Below are positions 38,054-46,775 of a stretch of DNA of 64,000 nucleotides, one piece after another (the first letter of the stretch is position 1; every line of letters starts with the position of its first letter). The notes under the pieces were generated by a model. That model was not told the origin of the DNA and ran no database searches. It was given only the letters and a program-made list of their open reading frames with translations. Origin of the DNA: Gaiellales bacterium (GTDB lineage: Bacteria > Actinomycetota > Thermoleophilia > Gaiellales > Gaiellaceae). The DNA lies in the NCBI GenBank assembly GCA_038253005.1, contig JBBSHO010000002.1, positions 9,568-73,567 on the forward strand, read 5' to 3'. The position numbers and the translations under genes are program-made.

Positions 38054-38777
38054 GCCCGGCCGGACGAACGCCGAGGAGGTGCGCGCGCGCTTCGGCGCGA
38101 CCGCCGCCAGGGTCGCGGAGCACGCGGGACGGCAGATCGAGGATGTGCGCAGGCGGCTCGGCCCCTTCCTGGAGCTCGAGGGGAGCGAGCGGGTCCTCGA
38201 CGCCGGCGCCGGAGCCGGCGTCCTCGCCCTCGCGCTCGCGCCGCTCGTCCGCGAGGTCGTCGGGATCGATCTCGTCCCGGAGCTGCTCGAATCCGCCCGC
38301 ACGAATGCGCCACCGAACGCGACGTTCGTCGAGGGCGACGCGACCGACCTTCCGTTTGCGGACGCCTCGTTCGACCTCGCCGGGACGCGCCGCACGCTGC
38401 ACCACGTCGCGCGGCCCGAGCTGGTCGTAGCCGAGCTCGTCCGGGTGACGAGACCCGGCGGCCGCGTCTTCGTCGACGATCAGATCGGGCCGGTCGACCC
38501 CCTCGCCGCGCTTGCCCTCGACCGCTTCGAGCGGGCACGCGACCCGTCGCACGCGCGCACCCTCCCGGACATCGATCTCCGGCACCTGTTCGAGTCGAAC
38601 GGCCTCGTCCTCCGCCGGGCGGAGCTCCACCGGCACGAACGGAAGCTCGACTCCTACCTCGACCTCGCCGGCTGCGAGGGTGCGGCGCGCGAGACGACCA
38701 CCGCACTCTCACCCGGAGGCGCGGAGAGCTACACGGCCGAGAGCGCCTGGTATTTGCTCGTCAAGCCTTCTCTCTGA
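38046..38777 (+). CDS. class I SAM-dependent methyltransferase
   Basis: It has SAM motif I VLDAGAGAGVL and a Methyltransf_11-like layout. Confidence 0.75.
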   Translation: MAEPGRTNAEEVRARFGATAARVAEHAGRQIEDVRRRLGPFLELEGSERVLDAGAGAGVLALALAPLVREVVGIDLVPELLESARTNAPPNATFVEGDATDLPFADASFDLAGTRRTLHHVARPELVVAELVRVTRPGGRVFVDDQIGPVDPLAALALDRFERARDPSHARTLPDIDLRHLFESNGLVLRRAELHRHERKLDSYLDLAGCEGAARETTTALSPGGAESYTAESAWYLLVKPSL

Positions 38778-38795
38778 GCGAACAGCCCGGCACGC

Positions 38796-38918
38796 TCAGG
38801 TCACCTCGCGCAGCTCGACCGGCGCGGCGATCCCCGCCGCGCGGAGTACGGACTCGAGCAGCTCCTGAGCCTCCGGGTAGGACGGACAGCCCTTCCAGTA
38901 GAACAGCTCGACCTGCAT
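38796..38918 (-). pseudogene. 40-codon thioredoxin-fold mini-ORF, probably a truncated relic (CxxC degraded to CPSY)
   Basis: MQVELFYWKGCPSYPEAQELLESVLRAAGIAAPVELREVT* is not in the ORF track. It lies 11 nt downstream of the marR stop and ends where the convergent methyltransferase gene begins to occupy the DNA. Confidence 0.35.
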
Positions 38919-38929
38919 CTCCCCGTCTC

Positions 38930-39340
38930 TCAGGAGCTGCGGTCCAGGTGGGAAAATGCGTCGCGCAGCTCGGCTCGCTCGGTCTCGTGCGTCGTGAAGG
39001 AGCGCGCGAGTCGCCGCTCTCCCTCCCGCGTCAGACGGAGATGGGCGACGCGACCGTCCGCCGTGGACCGCTCCCGCCGTACGAGCCCCGCCTCCTCCGC
39101 CCGGCGTACGAGCTCGGTGACCGTGCTCTGGGCGAGCTGGAGGCGCTCCGCCAGCTCGGTCACGGTCGACTGGCCGCTCCGGTCGGGGGCCCCCTTGATC
39201 ATCAGCAGCAGCAGATGGCGCTGCGGCGTCAAGCCCGAGGATCGGGCGATGCGCTCGCTGCGGCGGAGGAAGCGACGGAGCGCGGAGCGAAACTCGGCGA
39301 CGTCCACCACCTCCGCCACGGAAGGGCGATCGGCGGCCAC
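38930..39340 (-). CDS. MarR family transcriptional regulator
   Basis: The 136-aa ORF has a winged-helix core (LTPQRHLLLLMI...TVTELAERLQLAQSTVTELVRRAEEAGLV). Confidence 0.85.
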   Translation of the reverse strand: MAADRPSVAEVVDVAEFRSALRRFLRRSERIARSSGLTPQRHLLLLMIKGAPDRSGQSTVTELAERLQLAQSTVTELVRRAEEAGLVRRERSTADGRVAHLRLTREGERRLARSFTTHETERAELRDAFSHLDRSS

Positions 39341-39346
39341 GCGGCG

Positions 39347-39352
39347 ATTCTA
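39347..39352 (-). promoter_or_regulatory. -10-like TAGAAT, 6 nt upstream of marR GTG; its TAG is the SDR stop codon
   Basis: Read directly from the minus strand. Confidence 0.5.
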
Positions 39353-40114
39353 GTCCGGGCGCGCGCGATATCCAGACCTGCCGAGCACGCGGCTCAGGAG
39401 GCCGGGGGCGATCGCCTGCGCAATCGCCGCGGCCCGGTACCAGCCCGGCACGAAGGTCTCACGGCGGTCGTGGTCGAGAACGGAGAGGACGTGGCGCGCG
39501 ATGTCGTCCGGGCGGACGACGAGCCGCCGCAGCAGGGGGCTGCGAAGCGTTTCCGACTGCGGGAAGCCCTCCGTCTCGACGAAGCCGGGGTTGACCGTGT
39601 GCACGCGGATGCCCCGCGGCCCGAGCTCGGCCGCCGCCGCGCGCGAGAACGCGAGCTGAGCGTGCTTCGACGCGGAGTACGGACCTGCGGGAGGGAAGGC
39701 GACCGTGCCGGCGACCGAGACGATGTTGACGACGTCCGCCCGGCCGGCGGCCTCCAGGGCGGGCAGGAACGCGCGCAGGCACCAGACCCCGCCGAGATAG
39801 TTGACGCGCAGCGTCTCCTCGAGCTGCTCCGGCTCGATCGCCGCGAACCCGGCTCGTCCGGCGATGCCCGCGTTGTTGACGAGCAGCCGGATCTGCGGGT
39901 GCCGATCCCGCACCGCGACGGCGGCCCGGTCGACGGCGGCCCGGTCGCCGACGTCGCAGAGCTCGTACTCGCCCTCGATCTCCTCGGCGAGCGGCCGGAG
40001 CCGCTCCTCCCGCCGCGCCAGGAGGACGCAGCGCCACCCCCGGGCTGCGAGCGCCCGTGCGATCGCCTCACCGATCCCGCTCGACGCGCCGGTGACGACC
40101 GCTACGCGGTTCAG
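39350..40114 (-). CDS. SDR family oxidoreductase (start codon non-canonical or unresolved)
   Basis: The track ORF (39350..39913) lacks the Rossmann motif. The same frame stays open upstream and encodes LNRVAVVTGASSGIGEAIARAL... It also has NNAG and YSASK. The only start-like codon is CTG 40112..40114, inside a CTGA overlap. Confidence 0.65.
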   Translation of the reverse strand: MNRVAVVTGASSGIGEAIARALAARGWRCVLLARREERLRPLAEEIEGEYELCDVGDRAAVDRAAVAVRDRHPQIRLLVNNAGIAGRAGFAAIEPEQLEETLRVNYLGGVWCLRAFLPALEAAGRADVVNIVSVAGTVAFPPAGPYSASKHAQLAFSRAAAAELGPRGIRVHTVNPGFVETEGFPQSETLRSPLLRRLVVRPDDIARHVLSVLDHDRRETFVPGWYRAAAIAQAIAPGLLSRVLGRSGYRARPD

Positions 40115-43100
40115 CGGCAGACGCGGACGTTGCGGTTCGCGGTGAGCGTGTGCCCGCCCTGGTCGCGCGCGACCGCGCTGAGGAGGTGCGGGCCGATCTT
40201 CGCCGCGGACGCGTGCCAGCTACCGACGAAGAGATCGGCCGTCCCGTGCTTGTCGAGATCGACCTGCCGGCCGTCGACGAGGAACCGGACCGCGAGCACC
40301 TTCTTCGTCGAGCTTGCCGCGACGATCAGCCGTGCGTTGCCAGGGACGCAGGCGCCCGCGCCGGGCACGATCCAGCTCAGCGCCGGGCCTCCGACGCCCC
40401 GGATTCGCACCGACTTGAAGGCGGTGTTCGGGAGGATGTCCGGGCCGATCGTCTCGATGTTCTTCGCCTCCTGGAAGTCGGACGCCACGAGGGTCGCCCT
40501 CGTCAGACCGCGCGGGATCGTGCGCGCCTGGGTCGGCAGCGGGAAGGCGGCGATCCCCGAGAATGGGTCGTACAGCGCCGCGCCGACGAGCACCTTCCGG
40601 TAGCCGATCGCGAGCGAGAGCGGATCGACGCCCGCGCCCTTGTCCGTGATGCGGGCGAAGATCGTCGGTCGGCCGGCGGCGACGCGCGTCGTCAGCAGGC
40701 GAATCGTCGGCGGCCGCACGTCGTTCTGCCACGAGCGGAGGATGTAGCGGCCGGGCGCCGAGCGGCCCGTGAAGTTGTCGCTTCCCGAGTCGACCGAGAC
40801 GTAGAACTGCTGCTCCCGCGGGAAGACCGCTCCGGCCGCGCCGATGTCGGCCTTGTAGTCGAACATCAGGTCGTTCTGGTTCACGGGCGTGCCTGCGTAG
40901 CCCTGGACGTCGTTCTCGTCCGGTGAGCCGAGGAACCACGGATCGATGATCGCACCGGGCGACGAGCCGATCACCGCGACGCCCAGATTCGCGACTGGCC
41001 GGTTGACGCTCGTCTTGTAGAGCTTCTCCGCGCCGTCCTCCTTCATCGGCGCGCCGAAGTAGTCGCGCGGCGGGCCGAACGGCTCGCTCGGGCAGCAGTA
41101 GACCTGCGCGCGGTTCGGTCCGTTGAGCGTGTCGCCGGCCTGGAACTTCCTCAGCTTCCTCGCGTCGTTCAGCTGCAGCTCAACGCCCGGACGACGGACC
41201 TGGAAGTCGTACGGGATCCTCCGCGTGACCGCGCCCCGGCGCAGGAGGATGAAGCCGTAGTCGTCGCCCTGCTGTGCGGCCGCGCCAGCGCGCGCGATCG
41301 CCACGAGCTCGCCCTCTCCTCCGGGCGGAACGGTGACCGCCGGCGGGAGGTCGATCGTGGCGCCCGTGCTGGCGCTCTGCGGCGCGAGCTCCACCTGCCA
41401 GACGCCCGCGCCGTCGCCCGCGTCGCTGACGCGGACGAGCAGCGCGCGATCCCGCGCACCGGTGTCGACGTCCAGCTCGCGGTAGGAGAGGGAGGCCGGG
41501 TCGGTGAAGATCTGCGGGTCGTTCGCCGCCGGGAGGCTTGCGAGACCCGCGCCCTCGAGCACGACCGGCGCCTCCTGCGTCCTCGCCGTGTTCCCCCAGG
41601 CCGGGCCTGCCGTCGACATCAGCGCGGACTTGATCTCCTGCGGGGTCCAGCTGCGGTGGAGCTGGACGAGGAGGGCCGCGGAGCCCGCGATGTGTGGTGT
41701 CGCCATGCTCGTGCCGTCGAAGACCGCGAACGGCGAGCCGCGCGTGAACTCCGGCAGCGTCGAGGACAGGACCTGACCGCCGGGCGCCGAGATATCGGGT
41801 TTCAGCGCATGGCCGAAGTCCGTCGGGCCCGCGGAGGAGAAGCTCGTCACGATCCCGCTGCGACCGGTCTCGATCCGCTCGGGCGTGTGGCCGATCAGGA
41901 CGCTTGCGGCGCCGCCGTGGGCCGCCATGTACGCGCGCAGCCGCTGCCCGTCGAGGTCGGAGATCATCCCGGCGGGAATCGGCAGCTGGAGCGGGATCGG
42001 GTTCGCCTCGCCCGGCCGGTTGTCGACAAGGATGATCCCGACCGCCCCGGCGCGAAAGGCGCGGAACGCCTTCGAGATGAAGGTGCAGTGGCCGCGCGAG
42101 ACGAGGGCGATCGCACCGCGCAGCGACCCGGCGGCGAGCGGCGTGAGCTGCTCGTTGTTCGGATCCTCCTCGGGCCCGCAAAGCCGCCGGTCGACGGCCG
42201 TGCCCCCGGACGCCGTGAGCGTGCTGACGTCGGCGACCGTGTGCGGCACGATGGCCGCGTTGTCCGGGAAGTTCGCCCCGCCGTTGGAGGCGATCGGGAC
42301 CTGGCGCAGGTCATCCGGCGCGTCCGCCGCCTGGACGGACAGGGCCGGGGAGAAGACGTGCGTGTTCGAGACCGCGGCGACGGTGATCGCCTGCGGGACC
42401 GTGCCGGGCGAGCCGACCGTGCCGAGGCCGAAGTCGTCCCGGTCGTTGCCGGCGGCGATCACCGGCACGACGCCCGCGTTGACGACGTTGCGGATCGTCT
42501 CGTACATCGGGTCGTTGGCCGGATCCGCGTCCGGCCCTCCGCCGGAGAAGTTGATCACGTCCATCCCGTCGCGGACGGCCGACTCGAAGGCCGCGACGAT
42601 CTCCGGGGTGTCGGCGACGTGGCCGACCGGCGTCGGAATGTTGAAGACGCGGTAGTTGCCGATATAGGCGCGTGGAGCGACGCCGGAGAGCCCGCAGGTC
42701 GGCGGGTGGTCATTGCCCCCGGGGGAGCACGTGCCTGCGTCGCCGGCCGCGATTCCCGACACGTGCGTTCCGTGGAAGGAGGCGTGGCGGTCGAGCGCGA
42801 GCCGGCCGGGGCGGCCGGAGTTCGGGCCCGGGAAGGCGCGCGCGACGATCACCTTCGGAGTCGTCCACTTGCGCCCGCCCTTCGGGAAGCCCGCGGGGTA
42901 GGAGAATCCGTCCGGGCGCAGGAACGGGTTCGTCTCGTCCACGCCGTCGTCGACGACGCCGATCTTGACGCCCTCGCCCCGTGCGCCGGTCAGCGCGTGC
43001 AGCTCGTCCGCGCCGATCACCGACGGGCTGCGATCGGTTCGCATCCGGTAGCGGACGCTCGGGTAGACCTTCGAGACGAAGCCGAGGCGCACGAGCTGCG

Positions 43101-43521
43101 GGAGCCTCGTCGCAGGCAGCGTCACGGTCAGGCCGTCGAGCACCACCTGGAAGCGGCGGTCGATGCGGGCCTGCGGGATCGCGTGGCGCAGCTTCGTCGC
43201 GGCGACGCGCTGGGCGGCGACGACGCGCCGGAGGTAGGCCCGCGAGGCGGCGGTCGCTACGTTCAGCTTCCTCGTCGTCCCCGTCGCGGCGAACGAGCGC
43301 CCGTACGCGGCGGCGAGGGGCGGCTTCGGCAGGCCGACGATCACGCGTACGCGCCCGCTGCGATGCGCGGCCGGGATGCGCACGGATCCGGCGCGGACGC
43401 GCGGGATGGTCAGATCGCCGAACGTGCGCCGGACGGGCATGAAGGACGCGGCCGCGGGTAGCGCCGACGCGAGCGCCGCGACCACCACCAAGAGACCCAC
43501 AGCGCGGCGCAAGGATCGCAA
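40111..43521 (-). CDS. secreted S8 family serine peptidase (subtilase) with PA-domain insert and large C-terminal extension
   Basis: It has a signal peptide. The triad motifs are VVDDGVD, HGTHVSGIAAG and GTSMATPHIAGSAALL. The ORF is 1136 aa. Confidence 0.85.
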   Translation of the reverse strand: MRSLRRAVGLLVVVAALASALPAAASFMPVRRTFGDLTIPRVRAGSVRIPAAHRSGRVRVIVGLPKPPLAAAYGRSFAATGTTRKLNVATAASRAYLRRVVAAQRVAATKLRHAIPQARIDRRFQVVLDGLTVTLPATRLPQLVRLGFVSKVYPSVRYRMRTDRSPSVIGADELHALTGARGEGVKIGVVDDGVDETNPFLRPDGFSYPAGFPKGGRKWTTPKVIVARAFPGPNSGRPGRLALDRHASFHGTHVSGIAAGDAGTCSPGGNDHPPTCGLSGVAPRAYIGNYRVFNIPTPVGHVADTPEIVAAFESAVRDGMDVINFSGGGPDADPANDPMYETIRNVVNAGVVPVIAAGNDRDDFGLGTVGSPGTVPQAITVAAVSNTHVFSPALSVQAADAPDDLRQVPIASNGGANFPDNAAIVPHTVADVSTLTASGGTAVDRRLCGPEEDPNNEQLTPLAAGSLRGAIALVSRGHCTFISKAFRAFRAGAVGIILVDNRPGEANPIPLQLPIPAGMISDLDGQRLRAYMAAHGGAASVLIGHTPERIETGRSGIVTSFSSAGPTDFGHALKPDISAPGGQVLSSTLPEFTRGSPFAVFDGTSMATPHIAGSAALLVQLHRSWTPQEIKSALMSTAGPAWGNTARTQEAPVVLEGAGLASLPAANDPQIFTDPASLSYRELDVDTGARDRALLVRVSDAGDGAGVWQVELAPQSASTGATIDLPPAVTVPPGGEGELVAIARAGAAAQQGDDYGFILLRRGAVTRRIPYDFQVRRPGVELQLNDARKLRKFQAGDTLNGPNRAQVYCCPSEPFGPPRDYFGAPMKEDGAEKLYKTSVNRPVANLGVAVIGSSPGAIIDPWFLGSPDENDVQGYAGTPVNQNDLMFDYKADIGAAGAVFPREQQFYVSVDSGSDNFTGRSAPGRYILRSWQNDVRPPTIRLLTTRVAAGRPTIFARITDKGAGVDPLSLAIGYRKVLVGAALYDPFSGIAAFPLPTQARTIPRGLTRATLVASDFQEAKNIETIGPDILPNTAFKSVRIRGVGGPALSWIVPGAGACVPGNARLIVAASSTKKVLAVRFLVDGRQVDLDKHGTADLFVGSWHASAAKIGPHLLSAVARDQGGHTLTANRNVRVCR

Positions 43522-43537
43522 TGTAGCGGAAGCGATT

Positions 43538-43543
43538 TAGACT
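43538..43543 (+). promoter_or_regulatory. -10-like TAGACT, 6 nt upstream of fabI GTG
   Basis: Fixed-distance TANNNT pattern. Only 28 nt separate the fabI and subtilase starts. Confidence 0.5.
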
Positions 43544-43549
43544 CGCCTG

Positions 43550-44329
43550 GTGCCTCGGCGATTCGAAGGAAAGCGTGGCCTCGTGCTCGGCGTCGCGAAC
43601 AAGCGCTCGATCGCCTGGGCGATCGCCAAGCGCCTGGCCGACGGGGGCGCCGAGCTCGCGTTCACATACCAGGGCGACCGCATCGAGCCGAGCGTGCGCG
43701 CTCTCGCCGAGTCGGTGTCGAGCCCGCTCGTGACCGAGTGCGACGTGCGCTCCGACGCCGACGTCGAGCGCGTCTTCCGGGAGACGCGAGAGACCTTCGA
43801 GGGCGGGATCGACCTGCTCGTCCACTCGGTCGCCTACGCCGCCGCCGAGGATCTGGAGGGCCGCTTCACCGACACGCCGCGCGACCGCTTCTGGCTGGCG
43901 CTCGACGTCAGCGCCTACTCGCTCGTCGCCTGCGCTCGGGCCGCCGAGCCGCTGATGGAGGCCCGCGGCGGCGGCTCGATCGTGACGATGACCTACCTCG
44001 GCGGCGAGCGGGCGGTCCCGCACTACAACGTGATGGGAGTGGCCAAGGCGACCCTCGACGCCTCCGTCCGCTACCTCGCGTGGGACCTGGGGCGGAAGTC
44101 GATCCGGGTGAACGCGATCTCCGCCGGACCGGTACGCACGCTCGCGGCCCGTTCGATCGCCGGCTTTCCGACCATGGAGGCGATCGTCGAGGAGCGCTCT
44201 CCACTCCACCGCCACATCGAGGCCGACGACGTCGGCGGCGCCGCGTCCTACCTCCTGTCCGACGACGCTCGGAACGTCACGGGGACGGTCCTGTACGTCG
44301 ACTCCGGCTACCACGCGATGGGGATGTAG
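43550..44329 (+). CDS. fabI: enoyl-[acyl-carrier-protein] reductase (NADH)
   Basis: LVLGVANKRSIAWAIA and the FabI-type Y...K are present in the 259-aa ORF. Confidence 0.9.
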   Translation: MPRRFEGKRGLVLGVANKRSIAWAIAKRLADGGAELAFTYQGDRIEPSVRALAESVSSPLVTECDVRSDADVERVFRETRETFEGGIDLLVHSVAYAAAEDLEGRFTDTPRDRFWLALDVSAYSLVACARAAEPLMEARGGGSIVTMTYLGGERAVPHYNVMGVAKATLDASVRYLAWDLGRKSIRVNAISAGPVRTLAARSIAGFPTMEAIVEERSPLHRHIEADDVGGAASYLLSDDARNVTGTVLYVDSGYHAMGM

Positions 44330-46259
44330 AGATCGAGAGCAGGCGCAGGCCGACCTTCCTCTCCCCGTCCTGCACGAGCCGCGGGAGATCGACGGTGACG
44401 ACGTGCCAGCCTCGGCGGCCGAGATGGAGGCCCGGCCGCTCGTCGACCGTGAACCTCGCGCCCCGGAGCGGCGAGGGCTCGAAGCGCAGGCGGAGCGCGC
44501 CTGCCCCGTAGATCCAGAAGGGCGCGTGCTCCTCGCTCATGAAGCGTCCCGAGGTCGGCGAGACCTGGCCGTACCAGCCCTGGCAGAAGACGGGCTCGCC
44601 GTGCGGCGGCTCCGGCAGGGCAGGCGGGCGTCCCCCCTGCGAACGCCCGAAGAGCCAAACCGGCGCAGCGGTCGCCGTGACCGACCAGCCGTGGGCGGCG
44701 AGGCCGCGCCGGGCGAAATAGGAGCGGTCGGGGACGGCGGAGTTCCGGTCGAAGAGGCCGAGGTGGAGCGCGATCGAGCCGACGCCCATGCGCTCGAGCA
44801 GGCCGGCCGTGCCGCCACTCCAGTCCCCGCAGTTCAACCGCTCGAGCCGCCGCGCGGTCGCCTTCGCGGCGAGCGGCGCGGTGGTCGAGTAGCCGCCGGG
44901 CCGCTGCCGCTGCGCGGCTGTGTCGTACCAGAGGTAGACGCTGCCGTAATGGACGTCGGGATCGAACACGGGCAGCTCGAGGAGCCGGCCGCGCGTCGCG
45001 GCGGCGAGCGCGGCGGGATCGCCCGTCGCCGATCTCCCGTAGATCCGCACGTGCAGGTCGAGCAAGAGCAGGAGCAGCACGAGCGCGACGACGACGTTTC
45101 GCCGGCTGCGCGCGACGGCCACCGCGACGAGGCCCGCGAGCGACAGGCAGGCGATCGGGAGCAGGCGCTCGGGCACGCGCGGGAACCGGAACGGCGGCAG
45201 CGCGTGGAAGAGCGGTGAGTACGTGGGGAGGGTCGTCCCGAGCGCGAGCAGGACGGGAACGAGAGCGCCGACCCCGAGGGCGACCGCGAGGCCGATCCGG
45301 CGCGAGCGCACGAGCACGACGAGGCCGGCGAGCGCCAGCAACGGCGTCGCCCAGCCCAGGTAGACGAACTGCTCGCTGCGCGCGTGGTCGACGTGCCGCC
45401 CGAGGAAGTCGCTCCAGTGGGCCGAGTACAGCCTGACCTCGGCGAGCGTGCGCCCGCCGGCCTGGGTCGAGCCCTTGATCACCGCCTCGCGGACGAGGAT
45501 CCCGGCCCCGACCGCGGCGAGGACGCCGCCGCCGACTCCCGCCAGGAGCCTCGGAGCGCGTGTCCGGCAGGCAGCGTAGAGGACGAAGAACGGAATCGCG
45601 CCGAGCGCGAGGTGCACCTGACCCGAGAGCGGGATCGACGCCAGCGCCCCTGCGGCGAGGACGAGCCAGAACGTGCGCCCGCGCCGCGCCCGCTCGAACG
45701 CCCACAGCGCGAGCGGAAGCAGCACCGAGACCGGCCCGAGCAGGTGCCCGACGCTCTGCTCCACGCGATAGGGGGCCAGCGCGAAGGCGAGGCCGCCGGC
45801 GAGCGCAGGACCGCGGGGGAGGTCGAGCTCTCGCAGCCACGCGCATGCGAGCACGCCGGCCAGGACGTAGAGGACGAGCTGGAGCACGTTCCAGCCGACG
45901 ACGAGGCCGAAGGCCGCCGAGAGCGGCCAGTAGAGGAAGCCGAACGGCCAACCGGGGAAGTTGGGCTGCGGCGCGGACTCGGGGCGGAAGCTGTACGGAT
46001 CCCGCCAGGGCGCCCGCCCGTGGTCGAGCTGGTGGCCGACGAGCCAGAGGTGGTACAGGGTCTGGAGGTGGTCGCCCGGCGAGGCTTCGCCGTGGGCCGG
46101 CGCGCCGCCCGAGAGGAAGTGCGAGCGCGCCTGCGAGATCGCCGGCCAGGTCGCGGTGACGCCGGCCGCGAGGTAGAGCGCGAGTGCGAGAGCTAGAAAG
46201 CCTGCGCGGCCGCGAGCAGCTCGTCGAAGTCCGGCAGCTCGGCGGTGTCGTAGCGCCAT
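44277..46259 (-). CDS. polytopic membrane protein of unknown function with C-terminal extracytoplasmic domain
   Basis: The 660-aa ORF has about 12 hydrophobic segments. Its 5' end overlaps the peroxiredoxin 3' end by 67 nt, and its 3' end overlaps fabI convergently by 53 nt. Confidence 0.6.
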   Translation of the reverse strand: MALRHRRAAGLRRAARGRAGFLALALALYLAAGVTATWPAISQARSHFLSGGAPAHGEASPGDHLQTLYHLWLVGHQLDHGRAPWRDPYSFRPESAPQPNFPGWPFGFLYWPLSAAFGLVVGWNVLQLVLYVLAGVLACAWLRELDLPRGPALAGGLAFALAPYRVEQSVGHLLGPVSVLLPLALWAFERARRGRTFWLVLAAGALASIPLSGQVHLALGAIPFFVLYAACRTRAPRLLAGVGGGVLAAVGAGILVREAVIKGSTQAGGRTLAEVRLYSAHWSDFLGRHVDHARSEQFVYLGWATPLLALAGLVVLVRSRRIGLAVALGVGALVPVLLALGTTLPTYSPLFHALPPFRFPRVPERLLPIACLSLAGLVAVAVARSRRNVVVALVLLLLLLDLHVRIYGRSATGDPAALAAATRGRLLELPVFDPDVHYGSVYLWYDTAAQRQRPGGYSTTAPLAAKATARRLERLNCGDWSGGTAGLLERMGVGSIALHLGLFDRNSAVPDRSYFARRGLAAHGWSVTATAAPVWLFGRSQGGRPPALPEPPHGEPVFCQGWYGQVSPTSGRFMSEEHAPFWIYGAGALRLRFEPSPLRGARFTVDERPGLHLGRRGWHVVTVDLPRLVQDGERKVGLRLLSISTSPSRGSRSRRTGPSP

Positions 46260-46651
46260 GCGCGGAGCACCGTACCGTCCTCGCCGACGAGGAACGCGCT
46301 GCGCTCGGCGACGCCCGTGAGGCCGCGGAAGTCCTGCTCGACGCCGAAGGCACGGATCGCCTCGCCGTTCCAGTCGGAGAGCAGGGGGAAGTTCAGATCG
46401 AGGATCTGGGCCCAGGCGACGTGCGTCCAGGGTGAGTCGCGCGAGATCCCGAAGGGGTGGACGCGGGCCTGCTCGAACTCGAGGCTCCTGTCACGCAGGA
46501 GCTCCATCTCGTTCGTTCAGGTGGCGGACCAGTCGAAGAGGTAGAAGAGGAAGAGCACGCGGCCGCCGGCGACGAGCTCTGCGATCGTCCGCCGCTCGCT
46601 CGGGGCCGTCCAGACGGACGCCTCCGGAACCCGATCGCCCGCCTGGAGCAC
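46193..46651 (-). CDS. AhpE/Bcp-like 1-Cys-type peroxiredoxin with in-frame TGA (46517..46519) at the peroxidatic position: candidate selenoprotein
   Basis: Translation from GTG 46651 gives ...GRVLFLFYLFDWSAT-[TGA]-TNEMELLRD..., 152 aa in total. An in-frame TAG lies directly upstream of the GTG, and TAGGGT lies 6 nt upstream. A SECIS-like hairpin is downstream. Confidence 0.65.
46481..46504 (-). promoter_or_regulatory. SECIS-like stem-loop GAGCUCCUG-CGUGA-CAGGAGCCUC, starting 12 nt after the UGA
   Basis: It has 9 bp with one bulged C and a 5-nt loop with G at position 2. The UGA-to-loop distance is 21 nt. Confidence 0.5.
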
Positions 46652-46775
46652 CGCGCCACCCTATCGGGTCACCGTGGCCCCGTCCCTAGCCCCCACCCGC
46701 CCACGGGGTCACCTGAGGGTACGGCGTTCGGGCGTACGCGTCTGTGCCGATTCCGCGCCGAGAGTGTGACTCGCC

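Noticed and set aside
46673-46720. Two GGGTCACC motifs 37 nt apart upstream of the peroxiredoxin gene, considered as a possible operator.
   Set aside because: There are only two short copies with no dyad symmetry between them. Chance occurrence in GC-rich DNA cannot be excluded.
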